The notes under the pieces were generated by a model. The model did no database searches. It was not told the DNA's origin and saw only the letters and a program-made list of their open reading frames with translations. A DNA stretch of 40,966 nucleotides from NCBI GenBank assembly GCA_020058315.1, contig JAGVEK010000002.1, positions 1 to 40,966 of the forward strand, in the 5' to 3' direction. Positions within the stretch are counted from its first letter, which is position 1; each line of letters starts with the position of its first letter. This DNA is from Candidatus Zixiibacteriota bacterium. Lineage in GTDB: Bacteria; Zixibacteria; MSB-5A5; WJJR01. The translations under genes and the position numbers were made by a program. Of the stretch, positions 1-9,541 are shown in pieces.

Positions 1-77
1 AGATCGATGCCTACGGCAAGGCGATGCTCATGGGGTGCGGCGGACTCTCCCGGCTCCGCAATTTGAAGTAGGGCCAT
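1..77 (-). CDS. hscA: Fe-S chaperone HscA, first 25 codons only (gene continues past window start)
   Basis: Reverse complement of 1-77 reads [26 protein letters not shown], the conserved HscA/Hsp70 N-terminus. It starts 6 nt after the hscB stop. It is absent from the ORF track because it is open-ended. Confidence 0.8.
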   Translation of the reverse strand, partial: [25 protein letters not shown]

Positions 78-83
78 AGTGTT

Positions 84-626
84 CTAAGCGGTGACGGCTT
101 CGAGCGCGTCGTCGATTTCGTTCAGAAGTTTTTCCTGAAACATGAGTTGTCGCACCAGATTGGCTGCAGCCGTGAAATCCTTTGCGACGTCGATCAGTTC
201 CGCAAGACGCTGATAGTCGACCTTGATCTCGTTCAGCAAACGGACACGGACCGCGTCCAGAGCCTCTTCATTGGCAGCGGTACGGGCCTCCATCACCGCT
301 TCGCGCAATTCCATCTGGCTCACGAGGAATTCCATGGGCATCGCCGTGTTGCTTTCGATCTGCGGATCGTGTCCGAGCAAACCCAGCAGATAGCGCGCGC
401 GCTTGCCGGGCGACTTGAGCGTCTGGAAGGCCTCATTGACCCGTGTCGCCCACTGCATGGCCAGACGCCGGTCGGCAGCCCCTGCATGGGCGTGCTTGTC
501 CGGATGCACCTGGGCCTGAACCGCGCGAAAGCTTTGCTCGAGACTTTCCAGATCGAGCGACTGCGCACGCGGCAAGCCAAACAGCGTGAAATGATCTGCT
601 GCGAAATTCAGGTCAAACGTGGTCAT
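84..626 (-). CDS. hscB: Fe-S co-chaperone HscB (J-domain protein)
   Basis: Within ORF 84..824. The internal Met at 626 gives MTTFDLNFAADHFTLFGLP...VHPDKH, with an HPD J-domain motif. It sits between iscA and hscA. The upstream 66 codons overlap iscA and are rejected. Confidence 0.9.
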   Translation of the reverse strand: MTTFDLNFAADHFTLFGLPRAQSLDLESLEQSFRAVQAQVHPDKHAHAGAADRRLAMQWATRVNEAFQTLKSPGKRARYLLGLLGHDPQIESNTAMPMEFLVSQMELREAVMEARTAANEEALDAVRVRLLNEIKVDYQRLAELIDVAKDFTAAANLVRQLMFQEKLLNEIDDALEAVTA

Positions 627-636
627 CGGGCGAGCA

Positions 637-1041
637 TCAGGTATTGAACGACTCGCCGCAGCCGCAGGCATCCTTGACGTTCGGATTGTTGAACTTGAAG
701 CCCTCGTTGAGGCCCTCGCGCGCATAGTCGAGCTCGGTGCCGGCCAGATAGGGCAGGCTCTTGGGATCGACCAGCACCTTGACGCCGTGGCTGATGAACT
801 CGATGTCCTCGGCGTTGGGCGCATCGGCGAATTCCAGCTTGTAGGCCATGCCCGAGCACCCCGAGGTGCGCACGCCGAGACGAATGCCGATGCCCTTGCC
901 GCGCTTGGCGATGTACTTGGCGATGTGGTCGGCGGCGCGCTCGCTGAGGGTCACCGGGCTCGCGCTTTCGCTGCCCTGCCAATTCTCCGGCGGGACTTGG
1001 GGCGCGGCGGCGGCATCAGTCGTGGTGGTGCAGGCACTCAT
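637..1041 (-). CDS. iscA: Fe-S cluster assembly scaffold/carrier IscA
   Basis: Within ORF 637..1203, start at Met 1041 (MSACTTT...). The C-terminal CGCGESF motif is typical of A-type carriers. The position is iscU-iscA-hscB. Confidence 0.9.
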   Translation of the reverse strand: MSACTTTTDAAAAPQVPPENWQGSESASPVTLSERAADHIAKYIAKRGKGIGIRLGVRTSGCSGMAYKLEFADAPNAEDIEFISHGVKVLVDPKSLPYLAGTELDYAREGLNEGFKFNNPNVKDACGCGESFNT

Positions 1042-1043
1042 GT

Positions 1044-1427
1044 TCAAGCTCCCTGTTTCTTTCTGTAGTCGGCCACGGCGGCCTTGATCGCATCCTCGGC
1101 GAGGATCGAGCAGTGGATTTTCACCGGCGGCAGCGCAAGTTCTTCCGCGATCTGGGTGTTCTTGATGTCGAGAGCCTGATCCAGCGTCTTGCCCTTGACC
1201 CATTCGGTCACCAGCGACGACGAGGCGATCGCCGAACCGCAGCCGTAGGTCTTGAACTTGGCATCCTCGATGATGCCGTCCTTGCTGACCTTGATCTGCA
1301 GCTTCATGACGTCGCCGCAGGCCGGCGCGCCGACCATGCCGGTGGCGATGCCTTCGTCATCCTTGCCAAAGGAACCCACGTTGCGCGGGTTTTCGTAGTG
1401 ATCCAGTACTTTTTCGCTGTATGCCAT
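1044..1427 (-). CDS. iscU: Fe-S cluster scaffold IscU
   Basis: [20 protein letters not shown]...[11 protein letters not shown]...CGSAIASSS...LPPVKIHCS are canonical IscU motifs. Confidence 0.95.
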   Translation of the reverse strand: MAYSEKVLDHYENPRNVGSFGKDDEGIATGMVGAPACGDVMKLQIKVSKDGIIEDAKFKTYGCGSAIASSSLVTEWVKGKTLDQALDIKNTQIAEELALPPVKIHCSILAEDAIKAAVADYRKKQGA

Positions 1428-1457
1428 GATGTTTCTCCAGTATTGCCTTGTCTGACT

Positions 1458-2681
1458 TCAGTGTGCGGCCCACTGCACGGTGCTTAAATCGACGCCTTCC
1501 TTGTACATTTCCCACAGCGGCGACAACTCGCGCAACTTGCCCAGTTTGTCGTGCAGCAGCTTGATCGTGAAATCGATTTCCTCTTCCGTCGTGAAACGGC
1601 CGAGGGTGAAGCGGATCGAACTGTGCGCCAGTTCGTCGGAACGACCCAGCGAACGCAGCACGTAGGAAGGCTCCAGGCTGGCCGAGGTGCAGGCAGAACC
1701 GCTCGATACGGCGATGTCCTTGATCGCCATGATCAGCGACTCGCCTTCGACGAAATTGAAGCTGACATTGAGATTGTGCGGCACGCGCTGCTCGATGTCG
1801 CCATTGACGTAGGTTTCCTCGATGTCCATGAGGCCCTTGAGCAACTTGTCGCGCAGCATGCGGATGCGCTCGTTCTCGGTGGCCATTTCCAGGCGCGCCA
1901 GACGGAAACATTCGCCCATGCCGATGATCTGGTGCGTCGCCAGGGTACCCGAGCGCATGCCGCGTTCGTGGCCGCCGCCATGCATCTGCGCTTCCAGCCG
2001 GACGCGCGGCTTGCGCCTCACGTAGAGCGCGCCGATGCCCTTGGGGCCGTAAGTCTTGTGCGCGCAGAAGGACATCAGGTCGACCTTCAGTTTGCCCAGA
2101 TCGATCGGCATCTTGCCGGTGGCCTGCGCCGCATCGACGTGAAACATCACGCCCTTTTCGCGGCAGATCTCGCCGATTTCGGCCAGCGGATGGATCACGC
2201 CGATCTCGTTGTTCACCGCCATCACCGACGCGACCACGGTGTCCGGACGCAAGGCCGCCTTGAACTGCTCGACGGTGATCAGGCCGTTTTCCTGCGGCAC
2301 CAGATAGGTCGCCTCGAAGCCCTGGCGTTCGAGTTCCTTGACGGTGTCCAGCACCGCCTTGTGCTCGGTGCTCACGGTAATGATGTGCTTGCCCTTGGTC
2401 CCGGCGTAAAAATGCGCGGCACCCTTGATCGCCAGGTTGTTGGATTCCGTGGCGCCCGAGGTCCAGATGATTTCCTTGGCATCTGCACCAACCAGCGCGG
2501 CGACTTCTTCGCGCGCTTCTTCGACGGCTTTTTCCGCCTCCCAGCCATAGGAATGGGAACGCGAGGCCGGGTTGCCGAAATGCTCGGTCAGCCAGGGAAT
2601 CATCTTCGCCGCTACGCGAGGATCCACCGGCGTTGTTGCCGAGTAGTCGAGATACACCGGCAGTTTCATACCTGCTGTCAT
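1458..2681 (-). CDS. iscS: Cysteine desulfurase IscS
   Basis: [19 protein letters not shown]..., the PLP lysine context [10 protein letters not shown] and the active-site loop [13 protein letters not shown] lies 9 nt upstream of the ATG at 2681. An alternative Met at 2669 matches the E. coli N-terminus. Confidence 0.95.
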   Translation of the reverse strand: MTAGMKLPVYLDYSATTPVDPRVAAKMIPWLTEHFGNPASRSHSYGWEAEKAVEEAREEVAALVGADAKEIIWTSGATESNNLAIKGAAHFYAGTKGKHIITVSTEHKAVLDTVKELERQGFEATYLVPQENGLITVEQFKAALRPDTVVASVMAVNNEIGVIHPLAEIGEICREKGVMFHVDAAQATGKMPIDLGKLKVDLMSFCAHKTYGPKGIGALYVRRKPRVRLEAQMHGGGHERGMRSGTLATHQIIGMGECFRLARLEMATENERIRMLRDKLLKGLMDIEETYVNGDIEQRVPHNLNVSFNFVEGESLIMAIKDIAVSSGSACTSASLEPSYVLRSLGRSDELAHSSIRFTLGRFTTEEEIDFTIKLLHDKLGKLRELSPLWEMYKEGVDLSTVQWAAH

Positions 2682-2697
2682 TACCTATTTCTCCAGT

Positions 2698-3864
2698 TCA
2701 GCTTGTGAGGGACGCCAAGCTCGTTAATCCCTTGAGTTGCAAGATTGTAGTATCCAGTGCGGCCAGAAAATCACGTACCTGCGCCGCCGTATTGTCCATA
2801 CCCAGACTCACCCGCACCGCACCGCGAGCCAGCGAGGATGCGACCCCCATCGCCAGCAGCACATGCGAGGGCTCCGGATTGGCGCTGGAACAGGCCGCTC
2901 CGGCCGCCACGGCAAAGCCGGCGCGATCGAGCCTGCTCACCAGCGTCTCGCCATCGATGCCGGGACAGGCGAAGTAGCTGGTGTTGGGCAAGCGCTCTGC
3001 GGCAGCACCGAAGATCGTCGCACCCTGCGCCACCAGTCCGGCTTCGAGTTGCGCACGCATTACCGCGAGTTGCATGGCGCGGGCGTCGAGTCCGGCCACT
3101 GCCAGTTCCGCGGCGAGGCCAAAACCGACAATCGCCGCGACGTTCTCGGTACCCGAACGCAGGCCGCGTTCGTGACCGCCCCCGGCGATCAGCGGCTGCA
3201 ATTCGACGCGCTTGTCGACCACCAGCGCTCCGGCACCCTTCGGCCCGCCCAGCTTGTGCGCGGAGAGCGTCAGGGCATGTATGCCGGCACCGCTGAGCGT
3301 CCGGAAATCCAGCGGACGGCGGCCGAAAGCCTGCACTGCATCGGTGTGGAACCACGCCCGGGTCGGTTTGACCTGGGCCGCGAGCGCGGCGATGTCCTGC
3401 ACCACGCCGGTTTCGTTGTTGGCCAACATGACGGAAACCAGTGCCGGCCTTTGTTCCAGCGCTGCCTGAAAGTCGGCGCTGGCGACACGGCAATTTTCAT
3501 CCACGGCAATCTCGCGTAGCTTCCAGCCGGCGCGCTGCAAAGTTTTCGCCGGCTCGCGCACGCAGGGATGTTCAATCGCGGAAATCGCCACCGTGCCCTG
3601 CGCAAGACAGGCCGCCGCGCCCCTGATGAATAGATTGTTCGCCTCCGAACCGCCGCTGGTAAATACCACTTCAGTCGGATGGGCACCTACGGCATAGGCC
3701 ACCCGCTGCCGCGCCTCGTCGATCGCACGCCGCGCCGCGCGACCGTATTCGTGGCGACTGGAGGCATTGCCGTACTGCTCGCGCAAGTAGGGCAGCATGC
3801 CTTCCAGCACGCGCGGATCCAGCGGCGAGGTGGCGTTGTGATCGAAATAGACGGGAGCGAACAT
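2698..3864 (-). CDS. Second class-V aminotransferase / NifS-like cysteine desulfurase
   Basis: YFDHNATSPLDPRV, TSGGSEANN, SAHKLGGPKG (PLP Lys) and the GAACSS (Cys loop) motifs. It lies between iscR and iscS. Confidence 0.85.
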   Translation of the reverse strand: MFAPVYFDHNATSPLDPRVLEGMLPYLREQYGNASSRHEYGRAARRAIDEARQRVAYAVGAHPTEVVFTSGGSEANNLFIRGAAACLAQGTVAISAIEHPCVREPAKTLQRAGWKLREIAVDENCRVASADFQAALEQRPALVSVMLANNETGVVQDIAALAAQVKPTRAWFHTDAVQAFGRRPLDFRTLSGAGIHALTLSAHKLGGPKGAGALVVDKRVELQPLIAGGGHERGLRSGTENVAAIVGFGLAAELAVAGLDARAMQLAVMRAQLEAGLVAQGATIFGAAAERLPNTSYFACPGIDGETLVSRLDRAGFAVAAGAACSSANPEPSHVLLAMGVASSLARGAVRVSLGMDNTAAQVRDFLAALDTTILQLKGLTSLASLTS

Positions 3865-3882
3865 GGCAGTACCCAGGTGTCG

Positions 3883-4374
3883 TCAGGCAGCGACGAGTTC
3901 TTCGGCCGGACGACGAACGCGGCGCAACGGGCGTTCGTCGTTCATGACGGCGGCCGCGCCGGTCCTCTCGCGTTGCTGGGCCACCAGTTCAGCCAGACTG
4001 ACCGAACTCAGATAGTCGAACATCTTTTCGTTGAGGCTGGTCCACAACTCGTGGGTCATGCAGGGACGCATGTCCTCCGCGCAATTGCCCTTGCCGCCGC
4101 AGTTCGTCGCGTCGAGGGACTCATCCACGGCATGGATGATGTCAGCCACGGACACCCCTTCCAGAGGCTTGGCCAGGCAATAGCCGCCACCGGGCCCGCG
4201 CACGCTGGACACCAACTGGCGCCGCCGCAGCTTGCCGAACAGCTGCTCGAGATAGGAAAGGGAAATCTTCTGCCGTTCGCTGATGCCGGCCAGGGTTACC
4301 GGACCGGTATGTTGGCGCAAGGCAAGATCGATCATCGCGGTTACGGCAAAACGTCCTTTGGTCGTCAGTCTCAT
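3883..4374 (-). CDS. iscR: Fe-S cluster regulator IscR (Rrf2 family)
   Basis: Within ORF 3883..4437, Met at 4374 gives MRLTTKGRFAVTAMIDLAL...SLSYLEQLF. Cys residues (CGGKGNC...C) are available for a cluster. It is the first gene of the isc operon. Confidence 0.9.
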   Translation of the reverse strand: MRLTTKGRFAVTAMIDLALRQHTGPVTLAGISERQKISLSYLEQLFGKLRRRQLVSSVRGPGGGYCLAKPLEGVSVADIIHAVDESLDATNCGGKGNCAEDMRPCMTHELWTSLNEKMFDYLSSVSLAELVAQQRERTGAAAVMNDERPLRRVRRPAEELVAA

Positions 4375-4420
4375 GAGAAATCTCCGTCGGGTGGTTACGG
4401 TTGGAAACGCTTCAAGAACA

Positions 4421-4474
4421 ATACCTGAGCGTTTCAATCAACTATATTGTATCCCGATTGTTTTAGTCAACTAT
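4421..4474 (-). promoter_or_regulatory. Two tandem IscR type-1-like boxes upstream of iscR
   Basis: 4421-4445 is ATACCTGAGCGTTTCAATCAACTAT and 4450-4474 is TATCCCGATTGTTTTAGTCAACTAT. I compared them by hand with the remembered type-1 consensus ATASYYGACTRWWWYAGTCRRSTAT and found about 21/25 and 22/25 matches. They lie 47-100 nt upstream of the iscR start. Confidence 0.55.
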
Positions 4475-5215
4475 CTTCGACAAATGTTTCGGATCAAACT
4501 TGTCGGCCGTGGCCACATCGTCTTCGAGCGATACCCCTGAGTTAGCCATGGTTTTCAGCAGGGCCTCGATGCGCCGATCGGTTTCCACCGCGTGATCGAG
4601 CAATCCATGAATCGCCTGCGCCAGCGGATCGTCCTCCGTCCGCGTCACTGCATAGGCGGAGAAGCCCATCTGACCAGCCTTCACTTCGCGATCGATCTCA
4701 CTTCGGTCGTCAATGATGCGCGCCGGAATGCCGACCGCCGTGGCTCCCGGGGGCACATCGCGCACTACCACGGCATTCGAGCCGACCTTGGCACCTTGAC
4801 CCAGGGTAATCGGCCCCAGCACCTTGGCGCCGGCGCCGATCACCACGCCGCGCTGCAAGGTGGGATGCCGCTTGCCCTTGTTCCACGAGGTACCGCCGAG
4901 CGTGACGCCATGATAGAGCGTGCATTCGTCCTCGATCACCGCTGTCTCCCCGATAACCACACCCATGCCGTGGTCGATGAACACCCGGCGACCGATGGTC
5001 GCACCCGGATGAATTTCGATGCCGGTGATCCAGCGCGTGAAATGCGAAAGAAAGCGCGCCAGCCAGCGCAAACGAGCACTCCAAAGCCAATGGGAAACGC
5101 GGTGCAACGTCAGGGCGTGGAAGCCCGGATAGCAGGTCAGCACCTCCCACGTGGAACGGGCGGCGGGATCGCGTTCAAAAACGCAGGAAATATCTTCACG
5201 CAGACGGGAGACCAT
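4463..5215 (-). CDS. cysE: Serine O-acetyltransferase
   Basis: Hexapeptide-repeat region [41 protein letters not shown]...GAGAKVLG and an N-terminal SATase-like helix region. Confidence 0.9.
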   Translation of the reverse strand: MVSRLREDISCVFERDPAARSTWEVLTCYPGFHALTLHRVSHWLWSARLRWLARFLSHFTRWITGIEIHPGATIGRRVFIDHGMGVVIGETAVIEDECTLYHGVTLGGTSWNKGKRHPTLQRGVVIGAGAKVLGPITLGQGAKVGSNAVVVRDVPPGATAVGIPARIIDDRSEIDREVKAGQMGFSAYAVTRTEDDPLAQAIHGLLDHAVETDRRIEALLKTMANSGVSLEDDVATADKFDPKHLSKIVD

Positions 5216-5336
5216 GGATCACTCTATTGGCACTTCAGCTACGGCCGCTTCGCTTAACGCCGATGATTCCGGCGTTAGCCTGCGCTGAAACTGCGTTTTT
5301 TGAAATGGTAGAAATCCCCAGCACCGGGGTCAAGTT

Positions 5337-6101
5337 TTATTTGCATTTCGGGGCTGACGCGGCTTTTTCCAGTGCCGCAAACAGTCCGCGGAGAATATCG
5401 ACCTCTTTCTTTTCCGGCACGGCACGCGAGAACATGCGCCGCAGCCGCGAAATCAGGCGTTTCGGACTGGCCGGATCGAGGAATTCGCTGGACAGCGCCG
5501 CACGTTCGATATGCGCGATCAGGCCCTCCACCTCGTCGTGGGTCGCGAGTTCACCCGCACCCGAAATCGCCGGCGGGCGCCCGGGATCGAGCGCCGCCAG
5601 ACGCAGTTCGTAGCACATCACCTGCACCGCCGCCGCAAGGTTGAGCGAACTGAACTCCGCATTCACAGGAATCATCGCCCAACGCCGGCACATCGCCAGT
5701 TCGTCGTTGGACAGGCCCGAGGTCTCGTTGCCGAACACCAGTGCCACGTCACCGGTGGCCACCATCGCGACCAGTTCCGTCGCTCCGTCGCGGGCCCAAA
5801 CGGCCGGCACGGCCAGTTCCCGGCGGCGCGCCGTCATGGCCATCGCCAGCACGGTGCCGCTCAGTGCCTCCGTCAGCGACCCGACGACTTCGGCCTGCAC
5901 CAGTACATCAGTGGCGCCGGCCGCCATGGCATCGGCCTGCGCATCGGGAAACGCCTTGGGATTGACCAGCACCAGACGCGACAGGCCCATGGTCTTCATT
6001 GCCCGCGCCGCCGCACCTATGTTGCCTGGATGACTCGGATGGGAAAGCACCACGCGGATGCGATCCAGCACGGCAGTGGCGGACGATGGCATGTTGTTCA
6101 T
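5337..6101 (-). CDS. trmJ: tRNA (cytidine/uridine-2'-O)-methyltransferase TrmJ (SpoU/TrmH family)
   Basis: Within ORF 5337..6428, Met at 6101 (MNNMPSS...). Motifs VLSHPSHPGNIGAAARAMKTMG, LVFGNETSGLSN and IPVNAEFSSLNLAAAV. It is divergent from suhB, as in enteric bacteria. Confidence 0.85.
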   Translation of the reverse strand: MNNMPSSATAVLDRIRVVLSHPSHPGNIGAAARAMKTMGLSRLVLVNPKAFPDAQADAMAAGATDVLVQAEVVGSLTEALSGTVLAMAMTARRRELAVPAVWARDGATELVAMVATGDVALVFGNETSGLSNDELAMCRRWAMIPVNAEFSSLNLAAAVQVMCYELRLAALDPGRPPAISGAGELATHDEVEGLIAHIERAALSSEFLDPASPKRLISRLRRMFSRAVPEKKEVDILRGLFAALEKAASAPKCK

Positions 6102-6242
6102 TTTATGTCCCGGTCCCTCCGGGCCGGGACGGTATCCTAGCGATATGTCCCGGCCCCCTTGGGCCGGAACGGTATCCCGCGATAGAATTGCAGACTTCGT
6201 GCGCAATATGCGCCCTCCTGGCTTGCCCCGCCTTAAAAATCC

Positions 6243-7049
6243 ATGCATCCCACGCTGAACATAGCCGTAAAAGCCGCGCGTCGCGCCGGCCAGATCATCA
6301 ACCGCGCCAGCATGGACGTCGATAAGCTCAGGATTGACGTCAAACAGCAGAGCGATTACGTAACGGAGGTGGACCGTGCCGCGGAAGCCGCGATCCTCGA
6401 AGTACTGCGCGATGCCTATCCGACCCATGGAATTCTAGCAGAGGAGTCCGGACTGGCCGGCACCAGCGCGGACAGCGAATACCAGTGGATCATCGATCCG
6501 CTCGACGGCACCACCAACTTCATCCACGGCGTACCGCAATATGCTATTTCCATCGCTCTCGCCCACCGCGGCGTGATGACCCAAGCGGTGGTCTATGACC
6601 CCAACCGCAATGAAATCTTCACCGCCAGCAAGGGCGGCGGCGCCTTCGTGAACGAAAAGCGCATTCGCGTCGCCAAGCGGACCAAACTGGACGAGGCCCT
6701 GATCGGCACCGGCTTCCCATATCGCATGTTCGACCACATCGACGCCTACCTCGCCATTTTCCGCGACGTCGCACAAAAAACCGCCGGCATGCGCCGCCCT
6801 GGCGCCGCCGCACTGGATCTGGCCTGGGTGGCCTGCGGCCGCATGGACGGCTTCTGGGAACTCGGCCTGTCGCCCTGGGACATGGCCGCCGGCACCCTGC
6901 TGATCACCGAAGCCGGTGGCCTGGTCGGAGACTTGTCGGGCGAAGCCAACTACATGAAGACCGGCAACATCATCGGCGGCAACCCCAAGATATTTGCGCA
7001 ATTGCTGCAACTCATTGCGCCGCATCTGACCGCAAAACTCAAAGCCTGA
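6243..7049 (+). CDS. suhB: Inositol monophosphatase family protein SuhB
   Basis: [16 protein letters not shown]..., [16 protein letters not shown] and the WDMAAG motif. Confidence 0.9.
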   Translation: MHPTLNIAVKAARRAGQIINRASMDVDKLRIDVKQQSDYVTEVDRAAEAAILEVLRDAYPTHGILAEESGLAGTSADSEYQWIIDPLDGTTNFIHGVPQYAISIALAHRGVMTQAVVYDPNRNEIFTASKGGGAFVNEKRIRVAKRTKLDEALIGTGFPYRMFDHIDAYLAIFRDVAQKTAGMRRPGAAALDLAWVACGRMDGFWELGLSPWDMAAGTLLITEAGGLVGDLSGEANYMKTGNIIGGNPKIFAQLLQLIAPHLTAKLKA

Positions 7050-7172
7050 CCCGAGCCTGAGGTCGGCCGCCTTGACGGCCGCCGTGATCTGAAATCCGGG
7101 GCTCAAGATTGAATAATTCCGGGCCTGGGAATACCATAAACCCCGTAATCCCATATTTACGGAGGTCCCAAA

Positions 7173-7451
7173 ATGAAAACCACCATTGAAATGCCCGATG
7201 ACCTCTTCCGCCGGGCCAAGGCCGTTGCGGCCCTGCAAGGGTTGAGCATGAAGGACTGGCTGACAAACCTCCTTCGTCGAGAAGTCGGCGCCGGCACCAC
7301 GGTGCCCCCGTCAGACCAGGTCCGGGAACAGGAAGCCGACGCATTCATTCAGGAATTGAATCGCCTGGCGTCGGATATTTCCGCTCATTGGCAGGGACCG
7401 CAAGATGCCGTTGCCGCCATACGCGAGCAACGCAGGGATCTCGGCGCATGA
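7173..7451 (+). CDS. vapB: Type II antitoxin (VapB-like)
   Basis: A 92-aa ORF beginning MKTTIEMPDDLFRRAKAVAALQGLSMKDWL, a pattern I recognise in antitoxins. GGAGG RBS. Its stop overlaps the PIN gene start in an ATGA. Confidence 0.7.
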   Translation: MKTTIEMPDDLFRRAKAVAALQGLSMKDWLTNLLRREVGAGTTVPPSDQVREQEADAFIQELNRLASDISAHWQGPQDAVAAIREQRRDLGA

Positions 7452-7870
7452 TTGTCGATGCCTCGGTGTGGGTCGCCAGCGTCCTCGACAAGGATGCGCA
7501 CCATCGAGTCAGTCTCGCGTTCATGCACCGTTTCGTCAAAGAGCGGCAGATTGCCACCGTTCCCTTGCTGGTCTGGGCGGAAATTGCAGGTGCAGTCGCC
7601 CGCCGCACGGGGGACACGACCAGGGGCATGAAGGTGGTCGAACTTGTCGCCGCGAAAATTTGGGTCAGAGGCGTGCCACTGGATACGTCTTTGGCCAGCG
7701 AATCCATGCGTCTTGCCGCCAAATTGCGACTGCGCGGAGCCGACGCCGTCTATGTCGCCCTTGCCGCCGCATGCCATGAGCCGCTGCTTACCCTGGACGC
7801 GGAAATGCTCGAACGCGCCAGTGGCGTGGCGGAAGTATTCACCCCCGAACAGTGGCTGCAGACACGTTGA
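7448..7870 (+). CDS. vapC: PIN-domain toxin VapC
   Basis: Within ORF 7388..7870, Met at 7448 gives MIVDASVWV (first PIN acidic residue). Later acidic motifs are AEIAGA, RGADAVYVALA and TLD. ATGA overlap with vapB. Confidence 0.85.
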   Translation: MIVDASVWVASVLDKDAHHRVSLAFMHRFVKERQIATVPLLVWAEIAGAVARRTGDTTRGMKVVELVAAKIWVRGVPLDTSLASESMRLAAKLRLRGADAVYVALAAACHEPLLTLDAEMLERASGVAEVFTPEQWLQTR

Positions 7871-7872
7871 CC

Positions 7873-7938
7873 GTGGTGCCAGCCAACTCTGCCGCCGAAC
7901 TGGCGGCCCACACCCCCGTAATGCAGCAGTATGTTTGA
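7873..7938 (+). pseudogene. mutS: Orphaned native 5' end of mutS (start region plus ~14-20 codons, truncated by island insertion)
   Basis: The frame reads (V)VPANSAAELAAHTPVMQQ, then YV-stop inside island DNA. HTPVMQQ duplicates the conserved MutS N-terminal motif that continues properly at 40540. Possible starts are GTG 7852, TTG 7867 and GTG 7873/7876. Confidence 0.7.
7909..7928. repeat. attL core (direct repeat CACACCCCCGTAATGCAGCA)
   Basis: An identical 20-mer occurs at 40540-40559. The flanks diverge immediately on both sides. Confidence 0.8.
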
Positions 7939-7989
7939 CTGACTTAAAAAGCCACGCCACCACAGGGTTTCCAGCAATGCATGCTGTCA

Positions 7990-8011
7990 CTGGGCTACCC
8001 ATGGGCTACCT
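7990..8011 (+). repeat. Tandem pair of GGGCTACC motifs (putative integrase arm-type sites, left arm)
   Basis: CTGGGCTACCC ATGGGCTACCT. The same tandem pair occurs at 40402-40423, and inverted copies at 40299-40309 and 40362-40372. Confidence 0.55.
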
Positions 8012-8119
8012 CGCAACGGCGTCAAATGATTATATGAGGGTGAATCCGGACCATCCGACCACCTTCACATTTTGTGGGCGGTCGAATCCGATCCATACCT
8101 GCTTGGGAACTCCGGTTTG

Positions 8120-8860
8120 TCAAACGAAGTGTAGTAGCAGCCGGCCGATTGAGTTCGTCAGGTCTCTGGCAAACACGGCCAGCCATTTCTGAGAGTCATC
8201 GGCAAAGTGTGATTCGCTGAACCCATTGCGGGAGTTGGCAACTGCATTTGTCAGCGTCGGAATTGAGTTTACTATCTGCTCGGGAAACTCGCCTCGGGCT
8301 CTCAGCTTTTCGGTGATGTCATCTTTGACCACCTTGCAAAGCTGCATAAGGTCGCTTAGGCCGATACTCTGAGGCACATGCCGCCGCACATAGGTCTTGT
8401 ACAGGCCTTCGAGGCACGTGTAGGCGAGCGTGACAGCACGATTGAACTGCTGGGCATCAATCGCATGATCAATGTCCTTGAGGCTGTTATTCAGCTTTTC
8501 GGAGTTCCAAAGGTCCACCGGCACCACGGCAGCAGGGACCGCTTGCCCTCCGCCAAACACGACGGCTCGAATTTCTTCAACCTCATCCTTGGCATACGGT
8601 TCAAGCGCATCAATCAACAGTCTGAAAAGCTGGTATTTGTGCTGCTCGGGAAGCTCCTTGACGATTTCCCAGTAGAACGATTTACGGGAGGTGCTCTTTC
8701 CCTGCTGGTTCAATATTGGGATGAGCTGTTCGTAGCTTGGAATTCCAGGGTCCACCTGCTGTGCCATGCGAAGGAAGTTTGGACCACTGTGATAGGTTGG
8801 ACCTTCCCTGTTCAACAGAATGAACAGACGGTTGTAGGCTGCTATCCAGTTGACTGACAT
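8120..8860 (-). CDS. Abi_C/HEPN-like protein (gene 4 of the four-gene cassette)
   Basis: 246 aa. The C-terminal half has the pattern ...LEGLYKTYVRRH...IPTLTNAVANSRNGFSESHF..., i.e. an R-x6-H motif in a helical context as in Abi_C/HEPN domains (recognised by eye). Its ATG directly abuts the TAA of the upstream gene (8860/8861). Confidence 0.7.
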   Translation of the reverse strand: MSVNWIAAYNRLFILLNREGPTYHSGPNFLRMAQQVDPGIPSYEQLIPILNQQGKSTSRKSFYWEIVKELPEQHKYQLFRLLIDALEPYAKDEVEEIRAVVFGGGQAVPAAVVPVDLWNSEKLNNSLKDIDHAIDAQQFNRAVTLAYTCLEGLYKTYVRRHVPQSIGLSDLMQLCKVVKDDITEKLRARGEFPEQIVNSIPTLTNAVANSRNGFSESHFADDSQKWLAVFARDLTNSIGRLLLHFV

Positions 8861-9541
8861 TTACGCTAGGGGTGCAGGCAAACTGCTTCGCAATAAGGGC
8901 AATAGTTCGTTCAGGTGGTTGGCTGAAACTTTCATCGATCCGCTGCTTGTTAGGTGAATGGGGACGATTTGCGAGCCCATCATGACTTTTACTTGGACCA
9001 TTTCCAACACGAATTTCTTCTTCACTGAAATATGCTGCAATGCCTCTCTTACATCCCTCTCCCCCCTGAGAAGAATTTTTGCCCTGACACCGTCTTCAAG
9101 CTCGAGTCCGGAGACTTGAAGTGAATCAACAAGTATCTTCTGATCAATTCTCTGTTGGAACGCCTGCACCCAATCAAGCAGGTTGACTGAAACAGGAGTG
9201 ACAGTCAGGGAGAAGTTGCAAAGCTCAAGCAGCTTGCTAACGAATTCCTTGGTACTTCTTTGGGAATTGCGAAGCTCAATATTTGGGAATTCCGAAAACA
9301 AAGTGAAGTCGACGTCACGGTAAACAACCCTGTCAAACACTTCCTGGTTGCCAAAGGGATCAGTCGTAGTCTCTTGATAGGCCAGCTTCTCAATAAAACG
9401 AGCGTCGATAGCATTATCTCGAATGCGGTCAATTACGAAGCCGTCAAAGCTATTGGGAGCGAAAAGCTGAGTCTTCATTTTCGCTCCGAGAGTTCGAATG
9501 GACACGGGCCATTTGGCGCTCAACCAACGGACACGTTTCAT
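8861..9541 (-). CDS. Hypothetical protein (gene 3 of the cassette)
   Basis: 226-aa ORF. The start at 9541 forms an ATGA overlap with the stop of the upstream gene. The alternative Met at 9478 gives MKTQLF.... No recognisable motif. Confidence 0.7.
   Translation of the reverse strand: MKRVRWLSAKWPVSIRTLGAKMKTQLFAPNSFDGFVIDRIRDNAIDARFIEKLAYQETTTDPFGNQEVFDRVVYRDVDFTLFSEFPNIELRNSQRSTKEFVSKLLELCNFSLTVTPVSVNLLDWVQAFQQRIDQKILVDSLQVSGLELEDGVRAKILLRGERDVREALQHISVKKKFVLEMVQVKVMMGSQIVPIHLTSSGSMKVSANHLNELLPLLRSSLPAPLA

Noticed and set aside
84-824. N-terminal extensions of track ORFs: hscB 84-824, iscA 637-1203, iscR 3883-4437, trmJ 5337-6428, zorA 21659-23887, rep 24556-25743, parA 31519-32322, int 38744-40297.
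   Set aside because: The extended parts overlap upstream genes or lack coding character. Internal Met codons give the conserved N-termini and usually have a proper RBS, so the shorter coordinates were used.
1551-2708. Long plus-strand ORF (385 aa) antisense to iscS. Similar long shadow ORFs occur at 2737-3519, 3679-4428, 4592-5257, 19023-19841, 20091-20666 and 38525-39337.
   Set aside because: They lie opposite genes with unmistakable conserved products in GC-rich DNA. Their translations are Arg/Ala/Gly/Pro-rich and low in complexity, with no motifs. These are typical antisense artefacts of high GC content.
7050-7100. Possible suhB terminator (CGGCCG…CGGCCG hairpin).
   Set aside because: The stem is only 6 bp, with a 6-nt loop and no following T-tract. 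This is too weak to call.
7143-7162. Inverted repeat CCGTAA-N8-TTACGG overlapping the vapB RBS as a VapB operator.
   Set aside because: The arms are only 6 bp and there is no second copy. It is plausible but unsupported.
7871-8119. Searched the left junction (and 40298-40539 on the right) for a tRNA or tmRNA gene as the integration target.
   Set aside because: I could recognise no cloverleaf-like sequence or conserved T-loop (GTTCGAATC-type). The direct repeat lies in mutS coding sequence instead.
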